NCBI RefSeq assembly: GCF_024521635.1
Contig: NW_026250432.1
Coordinates: 372,001 to 436,000 of the forward strand
DNA length: 64,000 bases
DNA from: Tricharina praecox
Lineage: Eukaryota
Direction: 5' to 3'
Shown here: positions 25,038-36,276 of the stretch, piece after piece
How positions within the stretch are numbered: the stretch's first letter is position 1
Layout: the number at the start of each line of letters is the position of its first letter
The notes under the pieces: model-generated
Database searches by the model: none
What the model saw: the letters and a program-made list of their open reading frames with translations, nothing else
Told to the model about the DNA's origin: nothing
Position numbers and translations under genes: made by a program

Positions 25038-25703
25038 TATGTAGATAGAGAATACAATACCCACACTCCCAGCTGCCGCACAATTGTCGACTACGTTCGA
25101 GCGTGAGTATTCACCATGTTCGGTGGATGAACTTTGTGTCAACCGTCGACTCGCTAGCTCGTACGCAACAGCGAACCACCTCCTTGGAGAGCTGCAAGCT
25201 GCAAGTCTGCAAGCTGCGAAACATGCATCGTAGTGTATAGTATACCGTACACGTCAACCGAAGATAATGGGGAACCCCGACAATGGTCGGGGGGGCATTC
25301 TACTAGTACCGTATTGTGCGGCATTGATTCGAAGTATGTACACGGGTGTTCTCTCCACGCAAGGTCTGTATCTAAGTACTACTCTACCTAGGCCAAACGT
25401 TTTTGCCCAGAGGCCATTTTACACCAAAATACCCATTTTCACGTAACCAAAACCCACCCTTCACTTGGCGGGAAAAAATCAGGTGTTTCATAGAAGCTTT
25501 GAAACTGCAAGAACTATCACCTACCTATAAGAAGTCTGATGGCTTTTGCTTCGGAATGGTGGCGCACTGTATGGTGTTGTGGACGGGTTGGAAAGTGATT
25601 TCAGATTTTGTATGGGGCCCTCATACAAAATTATTGCGTGACAACCAGTGTCAACGCCTACCTACTTTTCTCCCATATGGTATTACTCAACCACAACGAG
25701 TTA

Positions 25704-26033
25704 GGTCCCGTTTGGATGGCCTCAGTTTTAGCGAAAACTGAAACTGTGCCGCTTCGGCGATTTTTCTTCGCCACCGCCCAGTACCGCATTTTAACTTCAA
25801 CCATGGACTCCCTTTAGGGGGAAGACAAAAAGTGGGGCTACAATGTGTCTACTATTAAAGTTCTGGTGAAGCCTATTATTCAGACCTATGGCAGAGCATA
25901 CTGAGAACTACCAAATACCCTGTTCACCTCAAGGTTTTCCGGAAACTGAAACTGAACGTATTCGGTGTCCCGGCGGGGAACTTAATTTGGCTCTAAAACT
26001 GGAACTAAAAAGTGAGTGCATCCAAACGGACCC
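25704..26033. mobile_element. PIF/Harbinger (Tourist)-like MITE, copy 2
   Basis: TTA|GGTCCCGTTTGGATG...CATCCAAACGGACCC|TTA with a perfect TTA target duplication. Internally homologous to 24499-24937 but shorter. Confidence 0.88.
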
Positions 26034-27697
26034 TTAGAGTTATTTGCCGATTTCAATTAAAGTTCTCGACCTAGTCTGGGAGACCTTTTAATGGCCCAAA
26101 TATTTTTATACTATCATACGGTTGCTGTATCCATGGCTGGAAATGACCTGTCTTGGTGAAAGAGAAATCCGCTCAGCCACCCTGCTTCGCATAAAATAAT
26201 CAGCCTAGCGGGCTGGAAATCTCATTAAAGCTTTATTAATATATACCTACATACCTAGATAGGTACCTACCTATGTATTCATGATGTATGCCAATTATTA
26301 GCACTTTCTAAAGTGTGGTTGTTGAGATTTGTGGGTGTAATTGTCTAGTTGTACATACCCGGGTGAGCAAAAACTTTTGACCTGGTACTTACCATACGCG
26401 ATCCCACACAATGTTCGCGCGAGCCCAGTTCCCCGCCCACCGCACGATCACCGCCACCGACCGTCAGGAAAGCGGGCCTGCTGGGTGCCGGGTAGATTGG
26501 CAGAGCACTGTCGCAACGAGTGATTGATTCCGTTGTGGCGCTTTGACGTTGAAGTTGAAGACCTGAGGCGTGGGACACGAACTCCCCCCCACAAGTGAAT
26601 CATTATCCTCATCATCGCTCACTCACTCACTCACTCGTATTCTTCAATCGATCGGGCTAAGAGACTGGATTGCCGCATTGTGCTCAGCGCTCGAGGGCCA
26701 AGGTCTGCAGCGGATGGAACATCAGTAGAGTGCTTTCTGAAACATAACCACTGGTCAGCGACACTGCTTCAACCATTTACCTATTAATTTTCCTCTACCG
26801 CGGTTTCCTACCTAGTTTCCGATCCGTACAGGAGCCAGAAGACAGCTCAGTCTTGTGCACATGTTCGCGATGCGATGCTCGAGAATTGTTTCGTTTGGGC
26901 TCCGTTTGGTTGGTTGGTTGGAAGTCCGAAGTCACCCCATCGGTTGGCTGCGAAGCCCTAGAGCCCTCGTATTGCCACTCACATTTCACGAGAGCTCCAC
27001 TTGAGACGTGTATGTAGTCTCATTCGTGCCCCGTCGGATGGTACCTAGGTAAGTATGTATGTGTGTACGGCGTGATTCTTGATCTGCGGCACTGCCTGCC
27101 TGCCCGCCTTGGTGCACTAGCTATTAGTTCCCGTCGCGATTGCAGTCCGTTCATACATAGAGTATGTGTCGCCTGTTCGTTGTTTTGTTTTTTTATTATT
27201 TGCTTTGTTGTCTTTAAGGACCGTTGAATGGCCGGCTTGGTGATAACTACCCTTGACGCACGAAAGCGGGGTCCAATAGGCAGTTACCTAGATACTGCAG
27301 TTCGCATTGTGCTTGTGCTTGTGCATGTGCTTGTGCTTGTGCCTTTAGAAGCATCGATAATTCTTCTGAGCCATCCACTCAGCTTCGCCGACTTTGGAAG
27401 CACACTCCGTTTTCTAATTGTCCAGCCCGGAGTCCAACTCATGATTCTGCGCACGCACATTCAGAGCTGCGAGTCCGTGGGAGGCCTTCGCCCTGATCGT
27501 AGAGAAACCCAGCAGCTCACAGTGTATCACGGAATATATAGCCCACGGGAAGAGAAATTGGGGGGCAGCACTTCGAATTCCTTCTGTTCTAATTCTCACC
27601 ATCACCACCACTGCGACTCGCTCGTACTTTGTGGAATACGAACACACCCACACCCACACATACACACCCGTCGACACTGCCCGGCCACACGGAAACC

Positions 27698-28108
27698 ATG
27701 ATCCAGCAGACGTTGAAAGCTACGTACATCAAGGTCAGCGTGTTGAAAGCGCAGTTGGAGGTGATATTTGGGCCAGGCATTACGGTTCCGCGGGTGAGTA
27801 CATACTAAGTGTTTTCATAACCAGTTTATGTTTCAGCTCCGCCTACTACGTACTGGGCGCGCAGGCGGGCAGGTGGGCGGGCGAAGTTGTTTGTTAGCTG
27901 ACAATCTTTAGGCCATCAACGGAATGTTCGAGCTGAATATCCCATCCCCATTGTCGAAGGTAAGAACAGTGCCAAAGGACGGGCGAGTGCGAGTGAGAGT
28001 GTGCGCACAGAGTATTGACAGATGCTAACGCACAAGGTATTGGCGATTTAGGATCAAGTCCAGAAGATTCAAGATATCAGCTATCCTCCGGAACCTTCGT
28101 ACATGTGA
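27698..28108 (+). CDS. 66-aa three-exon microprotein, copy C
   Basis: Exons 27698-27793, 27912-27959, 28052-28108: MIQQTLKATYIKVSVLKAQLEVIFGPGITVPR/AINGMFELNIPSPLSK/DQVQKIQDISYPPEPSYM*. Canonical splice sites; TATATAG about 160 bp upstream. Confidence 0.87.
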
Positions 28109-28361
28109 GGTGTGGTGGATTGTGGCGATGGGGAGAGGGGGAGGCGGGATTGAAGGGAGCGCAATGGCCGGCTATGCCGTGGTGTTCCACCTTGCAACGG
28201 TGGCATTGGCAGTGTGTCCGTAGTCAATGAACTTGTACTTGGTTATATTATATATTCCGCAGTTTCTGTCAATTCCCAACTCCTCAACGAGCTCTCCTCT
28301 GTGAATATCCAAATAGATATCGCTCAAGCGCCCTTCTCTTGACTATACCCGTCAATTAATC

Positions 28362-30310
28362 ATGGCATCATCGTTCTTAGCCTGTTCCCCAACAGAAAAC
28401 CCTTACCGCCTCAACGCGGGGGAGTACGAGTCACGGCTCCACAACAACGCCAATCTATTGTTTTCCGCTACGGATTCAACTACGAAGGTCATACACTGTC
28501 ACGAAGATCACAGTGAGTGACAATCGAATGCTACTCGATTCTTTTTCCTCGTGCACGTGCTTATATTAGAATGTTATCAAGCGAGGGATTTGACATCACT
28601 ATCGAAGATTGAGGAATACTTCCAGGTTAGTTTAGATTTCGCATAGGTATCATTGTTGGGTATGGCACTTGCTTACGCGGTTTATGATACGCTGATTAGA
28701 CCTACCCAAATTTCTCTGGAACACGAATCATGTAAGCCCTACCTAACCATACATTAACCAGTTGCCCTGGAGCGTATGATTAAACATATCTCAATAGAAT
28801 GATCTACCAAAGAAATTCATGGGGCAGGCTCATGATATCCGAAGATGAGTTTTCCAGGCTCCTGGGCGGGCTGGGCGTCTTCGGCGAGTTTGCGGAGCTA
28901 GTTCAAGCGTTCGGCACCAAAACCTCAGCCGTCGATGAAACATTCGCCAGCCGTCCGATCTTTCAAGGAGACACATCGGGATCATTTCGTGAGCACATCC
29001 CAGTCCTAGAATGTTGAGAGGGAAATAAATACTCACAGCGGGTTATACCTATGTCAGGCCTCAGCTACCTGATCAAACACGTGGAAGCGAACAAAAAGGA
29101 GCAGACAGTCGACCCATACTCTGTACGGCAGATGGCCGTATACCATGGCTACGATGCACCAAACGAGGGGCACACATTTGTCCTCGTGAATCCGTCCATC
29201 ACGTTCCAGAAGCACTGGAAACAAGCAAAAGAGAAGTCGGATCCCCGGCGGGGGATGGGCTGGATGGATCTCCATGTTGCTGTGGCGTACGCGATGACCT
29301 GTGGATGGCGGAAATATGTCAACTACCTTGAGTCCGAGTTCGATAGGACTGTAAGCTCACTGGCCGCCGCGGCCCTCCTCATCATTGCATTCTGACGTTT
29401 TTACGGCGGCACAGCAAACAAAGTCGTTCGGCGACGCGAACTTCCATTTCTCACAGGCGCGGATGATAACGGGTCTCAGTCAAAAAAGGTCGCCACAGAA
29501 ACCCGTTGCTGCTCTAGACCGGGTGGCAGTGTCCACCACCGAACTCACGAATATCCGCGAATACGTTACCTTCGAAGACATCCAAAGCTTGCAGATCTTG
29601 AAGGATCGGGTCCTGCTGCTCGAACACGTTCTCCTCCTGAACCTGGGAGTGTTCGAGGCGCTGAAGGAGCGGCTGGTCACGCTGGAAGCGGCGGGGTTGG
29701 CACTTACGGGGTGCGCCGGGAAACCGCAGGATGAGGTGGCGAATATCTTCTCACGATACCTATCGGACACGGTGGTGGCGGGCCACCGCGTCGACCATTT
29801 ACTCAAACGCATCGAGGGTGCATCTAACTTGGTGTGCTCGAAATTCGCACTAGACCGTGTACCCAGACGGCTGACGGATCGATTTTCCAGTTGCGCACTA
29901 TACTCGACTTCAGAGCTCTGGAGACTGCACGCTACGACAATGAAATCATGCTAGACCTCTCCAAGAAAGCACACCAAGACGGTAGGACGCTGAAGACCAT
30001 CACGCTCTTGACACTTGTGTACCTACCGGCGACATTCGTCGCGGTGAGCAATCCCCCGCCAAAAAAAACCCCTTCGTAGGCACAGCCAGCTTATATAAGG
30101 TTTCAGACACTACTTTCCATGGGCTACATAAGGTTCACGTCTAAAAACGGACACATTGTTCTCGAACTTTCAAGCGAGCTGTGGATTTTCACGCTCTTGA
30201 CAGCAGTGTTGTTGGCGATTACCATGGGGTATCGGAAGTACTGGGAGTGTCGGCAGCGATCCAAGGCACGGAAGCAAGAGGAGGAAAGAGGGATGTGTGA
30301 TCTTGCATAG
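28362..30310 (+). CDS. CorA-like membrane protein, copy C, 8 exons, apparently intact
   Basis: ATG 28362, TAG 30308-30310. YSVRQMAVYHGYD, DGRTLKTITLLTLVYLPATFVA/TLLSMGYI..LWIFTLLTAVLLAITMGY. Same intron positions as copy B. Confidence 0.87.
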
Positions 30311-30410
30311 GGCCGAAGGAGGCAGCAGATATTTTGATTCATAGTTCTATATCCACTACTGTGCACATACATTTCCAATATCAGTCCAATTGGTACCCCT
30401 TAATGCCGGC

Positions 30411-33400
30411 TTAGCCTCGTCCTTTCTTCAGACCGTTGTAGCAATCTCTGAACTCCTTAAAATCGATTAAAGCTGGTCACAGGTGTCACAAAGTCAGTCA
30501 CTACTCAGGTACATAAAAACCAAACATCAGGGCAGAACTCACTCTGTGCTTTATCACCGACGAATTCCAAGTGAACTGTTGAGTATTTCTCACAATTTCT
30601 GTTGGATTCGTGTGCTTCAAACTTTTCCTTCTTCATATGTATCCCAGGAAGGCCGCTTGCCGTCTTCGCGAACTTATAGCCCTTGATTTTTGCCTTTAAC
30701 GAGCGGCTTATCGTGATGCAGCGCTGGCCTAAATCTTTGCTCCACTGAAGGTGATTATCCCCATCTATCACTTCGGGGGGTTTAGCAAGCTCATGGCTTC
30801 ACAACGGCGCATAGGTAGATAAACACTCACAGGGAATGGAAACGAAGAACATGTCATCCTCTTCGGTATTGAAGACGACCAGACGGCTAACGAACTGCGG
30901 TGGTGCATTGCTCTGTGAGGCCCACACTTCTCTACTGTGGATTGGTTTTCCGACCTCGGTCCATAATTGTACTAGAGATTCCTTCAGAATAAGGTTGGGT
31001 CCCGCGGATTTTAGTGCTAGAGCGTGTTTCTTCCTCCTTTCTAGCTTGACGGTGGCTCGTACACTTTTCTGATCAGCGATGCGGATTCTAAATCGCCGTC
31101 GTTTTTTTTTCTTTTGGCAAAACTAACCTGATGTGGATATGTTGCTTCGTCAAAACTTCATGGAGCTCATGGGCATCTTTTCGATTAGCCGTTGGTGAGG
31201 AAACTTATAAGGCAATGGTTGGACTGACCTTTTCTAGTCGGAAGAAACAGAGAGAACGGACCGACTTGTATCTTATAATCCTTCATTTCCACGCCCGGGT
31301 CGGGTAGTATGAAAGCGAAAGCCGGAATCATCGGAGCGTCGGCGAGGACAGCTACAGAATATGTTAGCATTTCGAAGATCCACAGAGTTTTCCGTAACTT
31401 ACAAACCACTTCAAGAAGGCCATTCGAGTTGTCGTGCGGTCGTATGCTCAGTGGCCCTCCAGTCTTGCTAGCCACAAATAATACCTTGCCCTCGTTGTTC
31501 TTGCCATCCCCGTTCGAAAACCCGCATTTAGGACTCAGATATATCTCTTTTTCGTCGCCATTAATCCTGGTTTGGCACTGAGAAATGGCGCCCATGGAGA
31601 GTGCACTTATTGAAAGATCACTCGCCCGCGGTTGGGAATAATAAGAAGCTTCATTCAAGGATTGGGTTTCTGCCGGTGATCGAACGGTCTTACCGAAGGA
31701 AATTTTGGGCGAAGAGCTGGATTGAAATGGCCGGTTGTGTGGTGTCGCATAACTATCGGTTGATTTCTGTCTGTGATGCTCGGTGGAAATCGTGCTCGGG
31801 CAGTAGGTGCCAGGTGGAATGGCGTCGACTCCCCTGCGGCGAGATACGCTGGTCGCAGATGAGGAATGGGAGGACCTATTGCGACTTTGTGCGGTATATC
31901 TGCTGGCGGATGATCTCGTAGAGTGCTCAGAGGAAATGGAACGTGAGTCTGATAAACTGCTGTCGTCTATCTCGTGAGGGATCGTCGAAGCCACGGCAAG
32001 CGGATATATGTTGGGTCGTGATGTTCTATGACCACTTGTGGTGGAAATGCTTTGCAAACGACGGGGGTCCGAAAGGGCGAAACCCCCACCGTGAGGCACG
32101 CCGGTCGCAGTCGAGGGGCGGGAAGGTATGTTTCGGTTCTCCCATGAGTGGAGACTTTTGGGAGACATACTAACGGGGGAATGTCGGATAACCCCTTCCT
32201 GGTCGAAATATACGTTTTTGAAATCCATAAATCCTGGTGTGCCCGGTTGGTTGTTCGCTGGGATTGATGGAATTCCCCCAGTGTCAATCATGGGTCCGGA
32301 GTCGGAGATGCCCTTTCCCGCGCCAGCTTGGGGGGATGCTTGGCAGGAAGAACCCCTACTACGCTGTGATCAGCAATGTCTCGATGTCTAATATATCTGG
32401 TTGTCTTACAATTGTTTTGATAGCCTCTGGTCGGCATTGGGAGGCCAAGAAGTTTCGGGGCAAGCAGGACCACTCCTGTTGGAGCTGGTCCGTCTACCTC
32501 TATTTGCTTGGTTTCTCCAGTAATTGAGTTTCTCTCGTAGCTGGGATGCTGCTTCGCCGGAGTCCATACGCGTTTTGTGATTGATTCTCAACATGGATTT
32601 CACAATCTCCAATGCGGCTACCGTAAACTTAACATCCACCGACCAGCTCGCCACCTCGCTCGCTAATCCTCCCAGCAGTTCTTCAACTTCTGGATGGATA
32701 AAGCGCTGATCATCCCTGACTTGGTAATAGTAATCGGTTGGGTACTGAGTCTTCTGTCTTGCATTCTTGAGTTCCCAGACACCTCTAGGACCTTTGATGG
32801 CGAAGACAAGAATCTCGAGGAGGACACAGCCCATCGCCCAGTCATCGTATTCAGGACCCATGAAACTTTCCTTGGAGTTCTCGGGAGGGCGGTAAGCTTG
32901 TTCTCCAGGCCGTTGAAGAATCCTTCGTGTCTTTTCGGAACTTCGCTTCTGCGCGATCAATGCCTGGCCGAAATCAGTTATAACCATCGTGCCGTCATCA
33001 AAAACCAGGATATTCGTAGCTGCAAGTGTGAACCTATATCAGACAGAGGTCAAGCCTAAAGGGCGTCCGAGTAACCAAGTATGCACATACGTTTTATGTC
33101 TGCGTGATACCCTCTCCAACTGGTCATGCCCGGTGGTCGATGAAACTTGGCCAAAGCCTTCAGCATGCCAACGGCCTCGTCCCATATAGTGTTCTGGCAT
33201 ATCGAGTCGCAGGTATTGGGCTGATGTTTCCATGGCTCTTCCATGAACTTTTCCAGATTCCCACGCGCTAATGGGAATATGAAGTGTAGCTTGTCACCGC
33301 GGCGGAATATCTTCAGCACCTTGATGATGTGCTTCTCGTCTCCGAGCTCCTCCCGAATCTTCGTGAGAGTCTCTGCCTCGGCATTCATGGACCCCGACTG

Positions 33401-34135
33401 TGCAGGCAAGCCCACTTCCTTCATGGCAAACCCTGTCTTTGTAATGGTTGTCAGTATCCATGAAAATCCAGATGCTTGAGTGCTTACCGAAACTTCGAAC
33501 TTGAACTTCTCATAGCCGGGATAGATCTGGAAGGAATAAACCGTGCCATAGCCGCCTTTTCCAACAAACCGAGTGTTGATGAACGGAAGAGCCTTCTTCG
33601 GATCCCACTGCTCAGACCATCCCCCTTCAAGGACAGGCGGGGAAAATTCATGCCGATGGATTAAAAACAGGTCAAGCAGACCGGTAAACGCCGTGAGTGG
33701 TACGCTATTTATGCGCTCGAAGCCCTTCAAGTGCGTCTTCTTGAGCCGTTCCATATCCAGATCTTCGTCCAGGATTGCGTCAGCTGTTCTCAAAAAGCCC
33801 ACAATGAGAGCTGGAAGCCCAACATAGACCAGGAGCGCAAATAATCTCAAGGCTCTGTTCGTAACGAAATCGATGTAATCGATCCGTTTTCCGCAATTAA
33901 AGTGTCGAAATATGCTCCCCTCATCCTTCTCGCACCAGTTGCAAGGACAACTCAGAACAAATTCGACTTTGTCTCTGCTCAAGACTTCCTCGATCACATC
34001 GCGCGGAAAGAAAACGGGGTCATATCCAGGCGCTGACTTGACATGCCCTACCTGCTTCAATTTCGCTTTTCTGGTATCATCGAGTTGCTTCTTGAGTGGT
34101 GGGGCTCGGCATTCGTCCGGATATGTGGCGGACAT
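30411..34135 (-). CDS. Multidomain Ser/Thr protein kinase, copy C, ~9 exons, apparently intact
   Basis: ATG 34135, TAA 30411-30413. N-terminal helical domain (CPCxWC, LRLFALLVYVG, HEFSPP..ALPF), GKGGYG, AMKE, HADIKPTN, DFG, YRPPE, DDWAMGC, then a Ser-rich linker and a C-terminal domain conserved with copy B. Confidence 0.87.
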
Positions 34136-36276
34136 CGTAGGTTCGTCTCGTGCGGACTTTCGCAAGGTGATCGAGCGGATAGTGGATGGATACCGAGAGC
34201 TGCCGATTGAATTCGTATCGTGACGGAGCGAGATTCTCGAGGCTCGGGATTTATGAAGTAGCAGAGTGTCGCAAGATCAGGAAGCGCGTTGTTTCTCGTG
34301 AATCCCGTGCGTTTACTGTCCCGTCCGTTTATTATTCCCGAAGGAAACGTTGACTATGGGCGTGAGTATGTGGTCAAGGCAGCAAATTGCTCGTTGGAGT
34401 GGGTGGGCATGTTGGGTTGCGACGATGCGATGATCCCTCGTATGCCCCGCCTTTTTGGTGTGACATCGCATCGACAACCCAGTTGGACGATTCAGCAGCC
34501 GCTCGTTGGGATCGATCAGCATCAAGAGTGTGTGGCACTCGAGCGATCGCAAATTGGAGAGAGCTGCTACATATCTAGAAAAGCACACATCATGGTCTGC
34601 TCTACCAATGGTACCAATTCATCAGCCCCCTAGCGTTTGCAGAAATTCTCACATGTACCTATGTAGAGTGAGTGCACCAGTACCGGCGATCATTTCAGCC
34701 TCAACATTGCGGCCACCCTACTTACATACTAAAAGCCCATTCTCCAAGCAAGTCAAATCATGCATGAAGAAATTTGGTGATGATCATGAGCTTAGAGCTC
34801 TTGGTTGGTCAGAGCTAGCCAGTAGCCGGCAGAGCTCAGGAGACGGGCGGCGCCCAGGGATTCGCAGTAGCGGCCTAGGTACCAGGCCATAGCGATAGCT
34901 AAACCACACAGAGCCTTGACAGGTGCAGTTTACTGGTACGCTCCGGATGGAGAATCAAAGGAGGTACATCGGCATATTTGCACGGCGATTGAATAAGCTA
35001 GCATAGGTTCTCACCTGGCGATCGACATCTCAAATAATAGGACCGTATACATTAGTTGCCGGTCTGATGAAGAAGCTTTTGTCTCCTTGGTGCGCTCTAC
35101 GTGTATCACTAGGACAGACCATGGCGGAGGGCAGGATGTTGCCATGATTTATGAAGGTCGCCTGCAATCAATGAACAATCATCACCATCACCACCACCAT
35201 CATCGTCATCATTATATTGGCTGCCGGCTTACATACAGACTGAATACAGTGTGATAAAACATAAAACTCCCCATTAGCCATAGACAGCGACTCCCGCGGT
35301 GAACCGGAGGGTCGATAGGTATTTGTCGTACTCGCAAGGCTGCTATCACAAAACTGCTCGTATACAGACTTCTTTATTTTCATTGCAGTCGCTGAACCCC
35401 AGGTTTCCATGCTATATGTATGAATTATCAATCTCCATTGCATTCAGCCAGCACTCATCCTATATAAACAGCCGAGAAGCTGACAAAAACAGTCAGTACC
35501 CTTTCTAACCCAGTTTTGTCTGATCTCTACCAGAGATTAGCAATTGCCAGCTATCTGTCCTGCTCTTTGACCTTTGACCTTTGACCTTTGGCCCTGGATT
35601 CCATATAGCCTCTTGCAGTAGGCATCTGCTCCTGAGTCTTCAGTAAATCCTTTCCGCCACTATTCTGCGTCCCCAGAACCACATAGGTAGGTAGGTACCT
35701 AGCTGGCCAGGCATATCTCAAACAAAAGCGACCAGACACTCCGAAAACAAAACTGAGACGACGGTACCCGAGACTCACCGATGGTCAACCACCGCCCGTC
35801 CTAAACACGCCGCACCATCTGAGAAGGGAGTGGGAGGGAGACGCTGAGGTTCTATGACTGTAGTTGTCACTCTTGTTTGCTAGGTGGCCACGACTACATA
35901 AAAGGCTGAGAGCAATTTGGTCTGTAGGCTGGGTGATGGATGGTGTCCGGCCTTTTGCTTTGCCCCCGGCCTCTTCCTCAATCTGCTGTGTAGCTTCCTC
36001 TGCTCGTTCTTTGCACGAGCTCGCGAGAAATCGCGGGCAAGTATTGTATAAGCCACGACATTCCTCCGTGGTCGTGACTCGCATGTTCGAATTCGATTGT
36101 TTTGACCGCACGCATCCAACCAACGATTCCCAAGTTCTCCATTCTATTACACGGGACAATCAACTAGATATGTAGGTGCTGTACATCCACCATTACCACT
36201 CTCGTTCGTAATACAAGCTAACGCCGTCCGAGCCCACAATCATCACATCATTAATCATAGCCCATCCAAGGGATCT

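Noticed and set aside
24499..26033. RIP as the cause of repeat and paralog divergence
   Set aside because: Differences between MITE copies run in both directions by eye and the pseudogenes remain GC-rich with indel lesions; a RIP index calculation would be needed.
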